Notes: generated from the sequence alone by a model not told the origin. A stretch of DNA of 64,000 nucleotides from Epithemia pelagica (GCA_946965045.2 OX337231.1:496001-560000), one strand, 5' to 3'. Counted from the first letter of the stretch, positions 22,774 through 35,566 are shown. Made by a program: numbers and translations.

Positions 22774-23382
22774 ATGAAGCAGCTTCCGAATCACCCGCCG
22801 TCATCATCATCATCTAGAACAATCAAACAGAGACGACAGGAAGAGGCAAGGAAGAAGAGACAAGACGCGAAGATAGCCATCGCAGGGAAGAAGAAGTTCG
22901 AGTTCAATGAAGAGGACGACCGTGAGGGTGGTTTCGGTCTTCCTTTCAAGTGTTCGTTCTACGCAAGAAACGTTTGTGCGCTCCTTGGACCCATGTCGAG
23001 AAGCGCGGACACTGGAACCAACATCGTTGACCGTGGCCATCTGCTTGTCCAGCGGGAGCTCTCGACTGACTACCTTCGGATTGCAATGTTCCACCGGGAT
23101 GCAACGAATGAGCATGAGGAACCAGCGTTGGTTATTCCAGTTGGGTTCATCGCTCTGTCGCATTTGGACCAGGTCTTCGGAAAGACGAGCAAGAACGAAG
23201 AAGTCACGGGACGCATCCGCCTCTACACACGCTGCTCCATCACCCCTAAAGCGTGCATGGAGCCCCAGGTTGTCACAATCTACATGGGCTGCAATGACAT
23301 GGATCGTTTCAACATTTCGCTTGGTTCGATCATGGTCAAGTACCCTCATCAAAACCTCTTCTTCAATCCACAAGACAAGTGA
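22774..23382 (+). CDS. Hypothetical protein (202 aa), divergent from the previous gene
   Basis: Clean ORF with a basic N-terminus and a globular, beta-rich-looking C-terminus; no family recognised. Confidence 0.55.
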   Translation: MKQLPNHPPSSSSSRTIKQRRQEEARKKRQDAKIAIAGKKKFEFNEEDDREGGFGLPFKCSFYARNVCALLGPMSRSADTGTNIVDRGHLLVQRELSTDYLRIAMFHRDATNEHEEPALVIPVGFIALSHLDQVFGKTSKNEEVTGRIRLYTRCSITPKACMEPQVVTIYMGCNDMDRFNISLGSIMVKYPHQNLFFNPQDK

Positions 23383-24142
23383 TTAACTATTTACTAGTGT
23401 TTTAAGGTTATCATTTGAGTATGTACAAGTAGGATCTTTCCTAATTCTATAGCTGTGATAAGTTGCGTTTACTGGTGGTACGGCTGTGTGAGTCACAACA
23501 ACGAAAAGAACATCCCTCTTCGCTGTGAACGACGCAACTTCTAGTCTTAGTTCCATCTATATTACGCAAAGAGTGCCATTTTTGAAGTGAACAACACTAC
23601 AAATATTCATAGTCTTTGTTCTATTTTCTATGATTCGATTCTACGATAGAGGTGCATTGGTTGCGCCGAAGTTTTGCCGTAATTTGCCGTGGTAAATCAC
23701 GCGCCGACAACCTTCAACTAGATAAAACAACACCTACAACACGAATACAAGGCAACTAACATTCCCCATGCTCAACCAATGTATGAAGAAGAGATTCGAC
23801 GTATGGGATTACGGAGCCGTCTCCTATGTGGCAAGAGATCGGTCAAAAGGACCGTTCACCATGGTCGATTTTTGGTAGAACGGTAGAGGCATAATTAGAA
23901 GGGCTATATTAAGAGGATGGCAGGCGCTTTTACGTAGAATTTCTACCAAGCGCTACGTCGTTGACATTCCGCTTGAACTCAGCTTGTAGCGATGACCCAG
24001 CCCTTACCTAGCCCATAGAGAAATTCCTTCGCTCAACAACAGCATGCAACGCCGCCGTACACCGTCCACCATGACCCCTAGACCTACGTCTTGCTTAAGA
24101 TCTGCAACGGAGAAAATATCACAGGGGGAAACGCCATATCCA

Positions 24143-26211
24143 ATGGCGGATTTACCACGTGACAGATCCGATCCTTTATGGAATGCTATTCAGCAGGAAT
24201 ACCGCTTGACGCTTCCCGAACTTGGTGCTCTCAAGAATGCTGTTCATGCATCCGAAGGAATGAATGAAGGTAAGGCGGACGTTGTACAGATGGAGCATGA
24301 TCCGATCGCCGATGCTAGTGAGGCTACCAGTGCAGAACCGAACATCGAACCGGTGGAGGAAAGCCACCTCCTCTTCTTCCAGTTCCAAATGCATCAGTAG
24401 CGTCACCCATCCCAGCAAGTGTGCAGCAAGCAAATGGTGAGAAGTGTTTTCGATTTGATTAGATGTTTTATTGTTGAATTTATTCAATTCGTCCTTGTTG
24501 AATTTATTCAATTCGTCCTTGTTGAATTTGATCTCGTCGTCCTTTTGGCTAACTTCAATCCACCCTCTGTGTTTTTGTTTGCTCCCCTCTCAATTTTCCT
24601 CATCAATGCTGGTGCTTGGCTTGAAAAACAGAGCTATTCCCAGCAGCAATAAAAAGGGGACGACACGAACCTGCACGATACGTGAAGGGTGTAGATCCAG
24701 AATCCCCGTTAACCATCGCTCGAGAACAGCTTGTCATCCGGATCCTGAGGCTGACATTCCTAAATGAGCTGGTTCTTCTCAAAGGCCCGGCGGCTGTTGG
24801 CAAGTCAAGTTTAATGAATCTTGCGCAGCACTACTGCAGAACGCATGAATCAACGGAAGAGTTGTTTGTCCCTACAACTGGGTATACTTTTATCGAGAAA
24901 GAACAAGACGGCAAGCCAGCTCTTGAGCAACTCCAGGACGCTATAGAGAAGCTTCCCCCATGTCCCGAGTCTGATCCACACCGCATCCTCTTCTGTGATG
25001 ACATCCAGAATGTGCGCAGCTCTTTCTGGGAGAAACTGGTGAACTCGGACTTTTTCAAGAAACACAAGGTGAAAATTGTGGGAGCGACTACGCGTCAATG
25101 TGCAAGCGATCCTGCTTCCCCAGTACTCGGAGCGGATGCGCTGCTGACGTTTTCTGACCTGCGTTTGTCACCAGAGGAGGTGGGGGAGTTTCTTGTGGAA
25201 TTCCTGAGGGCTAAACACTGCTTGTCAAGGCTTCCCAAGGCAGACAAGCAGATGGTGATCAGTGCTACCGTCGATCAGTGCAGTGGACATGTCTATGCCA
25301 TAATGGCGTCACTAGACAAACTGGATGAGTTTGCCCAATTGTCTTCTAATGCTAATGCCAAATTGATGATCTCCCATCTGCTCTCGAACGATTTTCTGAA
25401 GCACGCCTACACCAGAATTTGGCCGAAAAATGTGGATAACTTTTCACCGGAGATGAGACGTGAGCTTGAAAATGCAATGCTACATGATACCCCTGTGAGC
25501 ACCGAACTTCAAACCCTTCTTTTGAACGTTTATTTTCTTCAAGATTCCAACCAGTCCATAGAACCAAGACGGTGGTCCGAGGTCAAGCAAGAAGTTTCAT
25601 TCAAACTGTCTGCGAGACGGCTCTACTCTTGCTTGTTCAGTACCAGGGCCCCTGAAGGTACTAAAGTTTCAAGCATTGAACATCTTGTTTCGCGTGCTCT
25701 TTCAAAGTTCAAACGTGAGAATCTGCTGCAGAGCTTGAAGGCACCCGATAGCCAGGCCCCTCTCCCCAAGGAAGGACCGCTGCAACAGATGTTTTTTATG
25801 GGCCTCACGTCAAGCTTGCCCGCTTCTACCGAGGTTGTCGCTGAGATGAGTGCTATATTGCCAGAACGTGGAAGCAGAAAGAGAGGAGAACTTGACTTCT
25901 ATGTGAACAGTGGCTACTACTATGGGATTGAACTGATGCGACAAGGTAACAATTTCAAGGAGCACAAAGAGAGATTCATTGAACCTCTTCCTGGACAGCC
26001 CGCTTCTTCAGACAGGGGGAAGTATTTTACGCCAGAGATAAAAGCCTTTCGCGTAGTCGACTTTGAGGCGGCTGGGTTTGAAGCAAAGGACAAAGATGAA
26101 AGCAGGCTACTTGTTGTGTTTTCGAAAGACTACGATGGCTGCACCATGACGTCCTGGTCGTCGTCGGGCCAAGCAAAAGTCACAACTATTGCCTTCTCAG
26201 GAGGGAACTAG
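24143..26211 (+). CDS. Crinkler/RHS (CR)-type P-loop NTPase + C-terminal REase-like protein (predicted intron 24270-24631)
   Basis: Short helical header MADLPRDRSDPLWNAIQQEYRLTLPELGALKNA, Walker A GPAAVGKS, Walker B ILFCDD, C-terminal ELDFYVNSGYYYGIELMRQGNNFKEHKERF. The GTAAGG...CAG intron restores the frame. Confidence 0.65.
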
Positions 26212-26732
26212 ATCCACAAAGCAAAGGAACCGTAATGATGCACATTTATTATCATGGACGTCAAGACGACACATCTTCTACTCCCCTGCATCATTCCGAG
26301 ACGATCGATTTGGGCCAACTGGAAACTCTTGGTGGTGGTGGTGGTAGGGATAGTTGGGTGACAACCTCCAGCAATACAACTACATCAAGGACGACGACAG
26401 TCACCAATGCACTATCGCAACGCTTGACGACTGTCGCACAATGGCATGCGTGGATGCACTAACAGGGCTTTGTCTTGAGACCCACTCAAAAAGTCCAACA
26501 CTTGTTGCAAGAACGTCAACTGGAGCACCAAGAGTACCAAACGCAAGCTCGAATTCGACACGACAAGTACCATGCCATTCGAATTCGACAACAGCAACAA
26601 CAACAGCAACAATTGGCATTTGCGAATTAGCAGGATCCTTCGTGATCCAGGCGGTTGATTTGATTCTTCGATGTAACAGTGTCGGACTGGTGCAATGGAA
26701 ACTCGTTCTGGTAAAAGGATTGGAATGAATAG

Positions 26733-26756
26733 GAGAGAGAGAGAGAGAGAGAGAGA
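26733..26756. repeat. (GA)12 microsatellite
   Basis: Read directly from the sequence. Confidence 0.95.
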
Positions 26757-27067
26757 GCAGCCTGTTTGGACCCTCCACTCTTATTTTGAGGGAATCGTGG
26801 AGCAGAAGCCATGTATGGATGTTCTAAACACAGTCCTCGCTTTGTGAAACAATGACTGTCCAATGACAAGAGAAGCAAAAGATCCTACGTGGATCCCCCC
26901 ATGGCACAATACTCAGAATCTTAAAATATCGTCTACCATTGGTTATCCCTATTCTACGGAGCATCGGTTCGTCCAGCCGTGTCATATGACCGAGGGGAGC
27001 GAATGATCGAAAGTCCTAGTGTTTGGAAACAAAAAGACTATACACCGTTGTGCTTCTTGTTTCTGTA

Positions 27068-27919
27068 TTACCACTGACATTCCTTGACACCTTCTCCATA
27101 GTTACCATGCCAAAACTTGCCCCTGCTTTCTACCGTCACGTGTTGATCCATGGCTTGGATAATTCCTTGGACACTAACATCGACAGAACGTTGACCGGGC
27201 AGAGGTTGTTCGTTGGGCGCGAAGTCGGTAAAGACCGATCCGGGATGGACCAAGCCCACGGCAACCTTGGCCGGTGTATCCTTGTCCTTGCCCAAGGCCT
27301 TGGGCAAATCATGACTCATCGACTTGCCAATCATGTTGACGGATGCCTTGGCGGCACGGTACGCATAAATCCCACCCGATGTATTGTCCGAGAGGGACCC
27401 CATGAGAGACGTAATGACCACCACCTTGACGGTCGTTTCACCATCGTTGTTGACGGCCGCTTGAAGATTGGGCTGTAAGGCCTTGGTCAGAAACAAGGGT
27501 GCCATAGAATTGAGTTGAAAGGCATACATCATGCGGTACGGTGTAATATCGGACAAGGTTTGAGATCCAAAAAATTCGGGAATGGTGGTAAAGTTTTCGG
27601 GAGGTCCATAACCACCGGCATTGTGAATCAACAAATGGACCGGCGTGGGAGAAGCACTGGCCGTTTGCAAGGCCGTGGTGACGGCTGCTCCACCATCAAA
27701 GGCGTCTTCTTTGAGCAAATCCAATCCTTCGACAATGGTCAAGGTCTTGTCGGCATGACTGGTATAGGAGGTGGCCAATTCGGTCAAGGCCGTTGTGGTT
27801 TTGCGACACAGGGCAAAAATCGTACCATACCGGTCATCCAATAGCAATTGACGACAGAGTTCCAATCCCAAGCCCTTGTTGGCACCCGTGATGACGACAT
27901 TTTGCAATTTGGAAGCCAT
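27068..27919 (-). CDS. Short-chain dehydrogenase/reductase (CsgA/C-factor-like), copy 1
   Basis: VVITGANKGLGLEL Rossmann motif, LIHNAG, catalytic YAYRAAK, VHPGSVFTDF. Confidence 0.88.
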   Translation of the reverse strand: MASKLQNVVITGANKGLGLELCRQLLLDDRYGTIFALCRKTTTALTELATSYTSHADKTLTIVEGLDLLKEDAFDGGAAVTTALQTASASPTPVHLLIHNAGGYGPPENFTTIPEFFGSQTLSDITPYRMMYAFQLNSMAPLFLTKALQPNLQAAVNNDGETTVKVVVITSLMGSLSDNTSGGIYAYRAAKASVNMIGKSMSHDLPKALGKDKDTPAKVAVGLVHPGSVFTDFAPNEQPLPGQRSVDVSVQGIIQAMDQHVTVESRGKFWHGNYGEGVKECQW

Positions 27920-28809
27920 TGTGCTGTTTCTTGTTGTGAGGTTGTCTCGTTCAATCGAGCTTTTTTATGATAGAATGACACAAACAGAATCGGTGTTTGT
28001 AGTTACAAGGATTGTTTCTGGAGAAACCCACAAAGAATCCTCTTTTCAACGTATCTTTTGTGCTGATCCGGATCGTTGCCCATGTGTCATCGTGCTCCGA
28101 CCAAAAAAGATCTCGCATACAGGAAACGGTCCGCGAGCGAATCTTTCGAGGAAGATCCAAGATGCTCGCGTGACAACCCAGCGCGAAAGATTACACAACA
28201 AGAATATATATCATTTGTAAAACAGTGTCTACGTCCATGAGGTGTAACTACCCTCGCTATGTTGCCCCTCTTAATACCTCTACGTACTCTCTCTAGGAGT
28301 AGCTACTCCTAGTAGGAATAGAGTCATGGCCATGGCGTGTCCATTGTCCATGGCTAGAGCACATGCAAGGACAGCATAGGTCAAGTCGGAGGAATAACCA
28401 TCCAGGCCTACACCGATACGGTGGAGCTGCCCTACACTGCAAAACCCAAACATGCTCTATTGGCAGGAACGCGACACATCCAATGTACCCGGATTCCGTT
28501 GGTTGGGAACATCAAGGTGGACCTCAAAATGTCAATCGGAATGACAGCTCTAACGGTCACGGATTGATATTCGAGGTCGAGCTTGCTTTTCCCAACAATC
28601 TGAACCATTGTCTCGTGAAACAACCCTGGGGACCAACGCAGTGTTACGACAGGAAAACAAAATGCACACGGATTCAGTTGATTGGGAAAATCAAGCTCAA
28701 CCTCGAATGTCAATAGGAATGACAGCTCTAACGGTCACGGATTGACATTCGTGGTCGAGATTGCTTTTCCCCAACAAACTGAAGGTTTTTGTTGTCAAGC
28801 GGGTTTTTG

Positions 28810-29990
28810 TCACGTGATCCAGAGACGACCATCAAAATTTGAGGAGTTTGCTAGATCTGTGCATTGCCTCAGGCGCTCTATAGGAGCGTCGACGAGCGCC
28901 TTACTGTCCTCAAGTCGTTCCGTTTCCAAGTCGGCAAGGTCAAACAAGTAAAGTGTACCATTGAACCAACCAATGTGATGCCATCGTTGATCTGATTCTG
29001 CAAAGTAGCTGTGATGCTTCACAAAGCATGTTTCCAAACGCAGTCGGATCTCAGTCAGCAACTCACTTCGCTCTTGCTCTTCCGTATGCTTCAAGTAGGG
29101 GTGGACAACACACTGTATCCCATTCCAGCATGGTTGCCAAACATATATCCCTTCAGCTCGTTGCCGTACACATGTTCTTGTACGCTTGACCCTCTTTTGG
29201 AACCGCCGCCTTGCCATTCGCCTCAACATCCTTTTGGATCCGAGGCAGTTTGGTTGCATGGCGACGTTTGACGTACATCATTACAACAACGTCGTAGCCG
29301 TCCAACGTCAGTGCACGGTATGCTTTCGACGTTGTCCCCGCTCCAGGGTGATCAACCAAGTATAATGTGCTGGACTTGTTCCATGGCCAATCCCAATCCA
29401 GTCCCAATATCTTTTCCTCTTGGCGCCCTGGTAGGTTGCTCGAAGATTACCCCATATGTGGGAATGCTTCTCCAGGCAAAGAACCTCTGCTTCAACCGTT
29501 CGATTTTCGCGAAAGGGATGAATGCCACGAGGATAAAAAGCCGTCCAGAGAGCAGAACATGGCGTTGCTTCAACCAAGCCACGTGCCGAACCCTTTCTGG
29601 AACAAATGACATGGCGTTTGTCGGGTTGGGGGTGAAACCCTCTTGTTCTTGATCCACGACGACAGCGGCTGACAGTACTGTGAGATGCCACCGCTTCCTC
29701 TGTCACTGGCGACGGAGTGCATCGTTTCTCAGACTCGGCATGGGTGTTGTCCGCGGCAACACCTGGTGTGCCAGCATCTCGTGCATCAGGAGACCTCTCA
29801 CAATACGATCAATTTGTTCCGGCAAGTATCTATTTTTCTAAAGGTCCTCGAGCACTCTTTGAGAGGCATTGTTCTCCAGCTCTTCTTCTTTTTCTTCTTC
29901 GTCTTGCCTTTTCAGGTCTTCTTTCACTTGTCGTCGTTTTGTTCTCTTCCTCGGGCTGGAGAAGCCATAGTTACGACATCTGGCGTCTCT
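28810..29990 (-). pseudogene. Degenerate coiled-coil + kinase-like (CR/FunK1-like) gene, copy A
   Basis: Fragments in shifting frames (GAGTTSKAYRALTLDGYDVVVMMYVK, DQRWHHIGWFNGTLYLFDLADL); homologous to 38870-40520. Confidence 0.55.
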
Positions 29991-30234
29991 CCGTTATTTG
30001 TACATGTACATGGGGTGCGCACACGCATGTCCGCAAATTTTCATGAAAGTCGATGAGCACCGTAACTCCCAGCGGGTACGTTTTGGAGGTAGTAAATCTC
30101 AGCCCGACTCATTTCCCGTCGCTTTTAAGGTTGTACACACTCCAAAGTCGGCCGCTGGGACGTAAAAGGGAGGCAAAGCTCTTTCACATTCCCCTTTCCC
30201 CATGAAAACTTTCCACCTTCAGTATGACCATGAC

Positions 30235-30533
30235 TGTTGAGCAGAATGGTTTGGCCGTCAGCTTTTACCACTTTACTGTAAAATTGAACGTAATCCTATT
30301 TTACTGGCTTGATTGTTTCCAAAGAATGAGCTCTAGGTTCATTTGTTGGCGATTTGTTCGCCTTGCCTCTTCTGACTACGTCAGCGAACGTCACGCGTGC
30401 GGAGCTCGTCCTGCTTGTTTTGTTCTCCATAGTATTCTTCATTGTCTTTGGTCTTGCTTTCATTGTCTTTGGTCTTGCTTCGCCAGGCGTTCCCGCGTCG
30501 CAGTGTTTTCTTACTTGCTCATTATTTCCAACA
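30235..30533 (-). repeat. 3' LTR of Copia element 2
   Basis: Direct repeat of 36205-36503 (appears identical); contains an internal 21-bp duplication. Confidence 0.95.
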
Positions 30534-33500
30534 CGCTCCTCACAAGGCGTGGGGACGTCGTGTGTTTGTAGGGTACTGACGGGTTTATGCCCTAATAGTA
30601 CGTCCCGAAACTTGTTGAAGAGTGCCCCCTGTAGCGGTTTTGTGTAGAAATCCGCCAGCATCTCTTCGGTGGGACAGTAGTGGATATCGATCTTCTCTTG
30701 TTGAATTTGGTCCTTAATGAAGAAGTATCTGATGCCCACGTGTCTTGATTGTTTACCTGCCGATGCTCTTCCATTTTTCTCAAGCCGTATGGCGCTCTGG
30801 TTGTCTTGTGCAAAGCGTGTGCTTTCAATGTTGTATCCTTGGGCCTCGAGAAAACGTTTGGCCCATAGAGTATTCGGGAGGTAATCGCTGGCTCCAACAA
30901 CCTCCGCCTCCGTAGAACTCTTTGTATTAAGCTTTTGTTTTTTCGATTTCGCCATGATTGCGCCTCGTCCCAGTGACATTACGCCCCCTGTGTGACTTTT
31001 CATGTCCTCGTGTACTGCGAATGATGCGTCCACCCAGTTGAGAAGGTGCGGGACATCATCCGCTCCCACGATGTATTCCATCCCTTCTGTAGCATGTAAG
31101 TACTGGAGTACTCGTCTGAGTTTGTCCCAATCCTCAGTGGTGGCCTTTGATACGCGTGTACAAAGGAAGGCGATTGCTGTTTGGATGTCAATCCTTGACC
31201 TCTGTGATAAGTAGAGCAACTTGGCGACGATGCTGTGGAATTTCTCCTTTCGTTTCGAATCCAGTTCAGGGGCGCTTTTGGTGTTGAAAAGGCCTTTCTT
31301 TGCTGGTGAAGATGCACCTTGGGACACGTCTTCACCGATCATTTCGATTGCTTCTTTTATGTATTGCGGCATCAGGATACTTACCGTGCCGTTTTCGTTG
31401 ATTGTGATATTCATTCCCAAATATGTGTGCTTGCGTCCTCTGCAGACCGTCATCTTTCCAAACTTGGCCTCGATCGTCTCAATGATTTGTTCGACGACTT
31501 CTTCTTCCACGTGGGACGCCTTGAGGTCGTCCACGTACCACGTAATTGTGCATTGTTTGCCGTTTATGATCTTATTCGCGACGCATGGATCATAGGGGTT
31601 TAGCTCGAAACCCATTTCTTTCAGGGTCGACGCGAACAACTCATACCAGAGTAATGCGGATTGTACGCATCCATATAGGGCCTTGTTGAGGCGTACGTAT
31701 AGGACTTTTACGCCATCTTCCATGACGACGTATTTCTCGTATTTCTTGTCCAGTTTGCAAAAAATGTCGACGACCTCTCCCGTCAGTCGCATTAGGACAA
31801 AATCCTTCATGTAGGCGTTGAGGTAAGCGCCGGCGATGTCGGCCGTGATGACCTTTCGTCGTTCTTGGGCGTCGATGACGAGAGACATGATGAGGGCATC
31901 CACCGATAGTGCTGGTGATGCTGTCTCACTCTTGTCGTATTGGGTTCGTTGTGGTCGGCCGTCTGCACATGAACGTCCCTTCAATTTCCCGCAACGTTTC
32001 TCTTTGATTACGTTGACTGATCGTAGCGCCGCCTTTTTTTGTTGAGGGGTCAATTTGGACGCGTCCTGTGGATCGAAAGTATCTTGGCCGTCCAATTGAG
32101 TGAACTCCTTCAGTAATGCGTCAATGGCTCGTTGCCCGTGTTTCTTTATGCCGGCTTTCGCGGACATCTGAGTGAAAATGAAGTTTGCCATCAGAGAGTG
32201 GATGGGTGTTCGGTCATTCACGTTGGTTGTAGCGTGTTTGATGGCCTGTTGCAAGAACTGTGCGTGCAAATAAGAGGTTGCGCCATCTGCCATGTCCATC
32301 TGATGGTCGAGCCGGTGGGCGTACGATCGCTCCCGGTTTCCTCGAAGGTTGTACTCGTGTCTAGGCTCGGTGTTGTCGGTTGGTTCGACCATGTCATGGT
32401 CATCCTCGTATTCTTCGGATACGTCTGGGAACTCCTCGCGCTCCTCAATTTGCGCTCCTTCATCTTCCACTTCTTCCTCGTCGACATCGTCGTCGTGGTC
32501 GTATGCTCCTTCATTTTCGGCCGTTTCATCGACGGCACCAACATCAGATTCATCTTCTGTTGTGCTGTCCTCATCCGTGGTTGATACCATGGGAGGCTCC
32601 GATGGTTCGTCGCTGTCGGAGCTATTTTCGTTCGCTCCTTCGTCCACATCGGGGTCGTCTTCATTGTCCTCATCGGAAATCGCTCCTTCATCTTCATCGT
32701 TGTGTAGATCATCATTTCCGTTGTTTTCTTCTTCATCGTCATCGTCCGCTGCATCGTCAACGTTTTCAGGGTCTTCGATCGGGACATTGGGTGCCCACTC
32801 AAAAACGAGCTCGCCGTTAATGATGGGTTGTTCTTGTTCGGCTGCCAACTCTTCTACCCGGTTGATGACGTCTTGGGTGATTGGTACTTCCGTTCACTGG
32901 TGTCGGGAGATTCGCGCTCCGGTCGCGAGGGACATGAAGTAGTAGCTCCCTTGTGCGTTCCCAGTGGGGTTGAGGGCGATGGCGCCGATGGTACGCAGTT
33001 CTGTTGTGCTTGTTCTGCGGCGCTCCTCAAAAACCTGGGCATATTGCCCGAATTCTATCCTCATGCTATTGTAGTCAGGATCCGGTAGTCCAGTGATGAT
33101 TTTTCGTGGACTCATGGTGGGTGAGATTCCTTTTCGGTTGGGGAGCTGGTTCAAAGTCCGGACCGCATGGGATACGAGCTCGCGTACCATGAGGACTGGA
33201 TACCGTCGGAAAGGGAGGCCATGGACCGTTGATCGCACTCGCTCCTTAATCGTGCGAATGGATCGTTCGACTTGGCCCACATGGTCATCGGCGGCGACGA
33301 TGTTGGCTATGACTGGTCGAATGCTGTTTTGGAGGGGCGCAAACTCGTTGTCCGCGTGGAGGTCTACCACTTCGAAGCCGCGGGACTTGTAAAGGTGAAA
33401 TACGTCCTTTAGTTCTTGCTCCAACGTTGTCTTTCGCCTGTTTGCTATGGCCGCAACGGTGCGGAAATTGATGTGTCTCGAAATAGTGTGGCAAAAAATG

Positions 33501-35566
33501 AGCCCTTGAACGTAAAAATTGTCCGCGCAGATCGTCACGCGCTTGTGTTCTTGTTTGATGTGGTCGGGAATGTCCGTTATCGTCTGTTGAGGCACGGCGG
33601 CCGTTGGTCGTTTCACTGTCTTTCCTTTGAGGGTGGCGGGGTCCGGTCCGTAAATTTGGAGGGCGCGTCGTGCATCTTCGGGGGTGACGGGACAGTTTCG
33701 GATGACGTTGTTGGTGAGGGCGTCGAGAAAATCGCGTTGGGAGGGGCGACCGAGTTGTCTGTACAGAGTACGGGCACGATCCGCTCCTTCGACCTCCCGG
33801 GGCGAAAAACCAGTCGCATGACGAGGTACCGAGTTAAGGAACAGATAGGGAGTAGAGGTAGAGTTAATAAAGTTAGACGGATCTGCAACATCAAAATAGT
33901 AAAGTCCCATCGCACTTTCACGAAAAATCATTACCGAGCCATCACGACGATGGACTGAGATGGAAGGGTCACCGGCAGTGTCCATGGTGACTCGGCAGCG
34001 CTGCCTGACAGCAGCAAGGGACAGGATGTTGGCCAGAGACTGAGGGTTATACCAGACCTCCCCAAAATTGGGAATGTCGCCGAGAAGAGTTGAAACTTGG
34101 CAACCACCATTGGTATAGACGGTGAGGGGACGGGAAGAGGATCGAATGTTGGAGAGGAGGGAGGAGTTCTTGAAAACGGAGATAGTCGATTGACTGTCCA
34201 ACAAAACCCACGTATCAGGAATGGCACGGTGTGCCGGTTGGGAGAAACAGCAACCAAACAAAGCGAAAGTGAAGTTGTAGCGTGGAGGAGAGGTCCCATG
34301 TTGGAGCATGGTGACACCAGAGTTGGAAGGGGCAGCGGAATCACCGTCTTCCCGACGTGGACACTGGCTAGCATAATGACCTGGGCCCTGGCAAAAGAAA
34401 CAGGTGATGGCCTCATGGAGAATGCCATCCAAACCGGGAACAGGGGCCGTTGTCTGTGCAAACTGTAGCCCACCACTTGTGTGACCACTGGAAGCACCAC
34501 TGCTGGAAGCACCACCTGACGATGGCAAAGGGGAGTGAGATTGTTTGGGGCCACGGTAACTCACAAGCATACCGTACGCGGCCGTGACGTCGGGGGGATA
34601 CTGATCGGTTCCCCGAGAGAACTGGTTTTCCAACTCGATCATCAAGTTCCCAAAACGTTTGCGATCGGCCCCCCGGAGGAACTGAATGGCAAGGGCGCGT
34701 TCTCGACTCAGACGCTTCTTCTCGTCGGATGATGTGGACTCGTCGGGGTCCAAATACTTCACAATTAACTCCTGGGAACCCTTGTCGACGCCAATTGAAC
34801 CACCATAATGTTCCAACACGTCAACATTTTCCCGAAATTGGTGAAGGTAATCGGCAAGGGATTCTTCTGCTTGCTGCCGATGTAAATAAAAATTGGTATA
34901 CGCATCATTCAGTGACGCATAACCATATCGTTTTTCTTCAAATTTGTGTCGAATGGCTTTGATTTGGGTCAAAAGCCAAGCACAATCACACTCGTTTCTG
35001 GCGGTTTCGTATTTTTCTAGGCCCTGCAGTTTCGCTTTCATGGCCTCACTGCATTGGCCCCATATGACAGCGTAGGCGGCCTGTAGATTACTCTTGAGGA
35101 TTTCACAGCGTGTCACATACGCGGCCACCGTTTTTTCAAAGATCGCTATCTTGAGCCGGCTAGTTTCTTCTTCTGGCAGGTCTGGGGGCTCTTCAACGAT
35201 GGGATTCTTCAAATCCCTGGTGAGGGTCACCATGTCACCTGCATGCTTGAAAGTCTTGGAGAAATGTTCCTCCAGGGCTTCCATGGTGCGAGTGAATTGA
35301 CGTTTGTCATTGCACTCATGAAACACCTGGAACACGTGGCCGTTCATGCCATCAGTGTTCCCTTTGAACGAACTGTTCCCTGTGGCGTTACCACTTGAAC
35401 CACCTCGTCCACCTCGTCCTCCACGTCCTCGACCACGACCTCGTCGGCCTCTTCCTTGGTTTCCTTGGTTCGAGTTGGTACCAGTGCCATCACTAGGCGG
35501 CGTGGTACCGGGCGTAGTTGGGGCGCCGCCCTGGCTTGACTGGTTGGACGCGGGAGAACTGCTCAT
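30296..35566 (-). pseudogene. Copia gag-pol with a single in-frame TGA (32894-32896)
   Basis: The two ORFs share one frame: ...ARISRHQ*TEVPITQ... versus ARVTRQQWTELPITQ in element 1. All catalytic motifs are present. Confidence 0.9.

Larger units (their letters stand above)
13775..24004 (+). mobile_element. ~10.2-kb cargo-carrying IS630/Tc1/mariner-type DNA transposon
   Basis: Terminal IR AGGGCTGGGTCA (13775-13786 / 23993-24004) flanked by TA. A second collinear IR block lies at 14320-14375 / 23934-23989 (16/16, 10/10 and 11/13 matches with equal spacers). It encloses a DDE transposase and three other genes. Confidence 0.7.

Noticed and set aside
32848-32896. Programmed frameshift between the two Copia 2 ORFs
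   Set aside because: Both ORFs are in the same frame; the break is one in-frame TGA.
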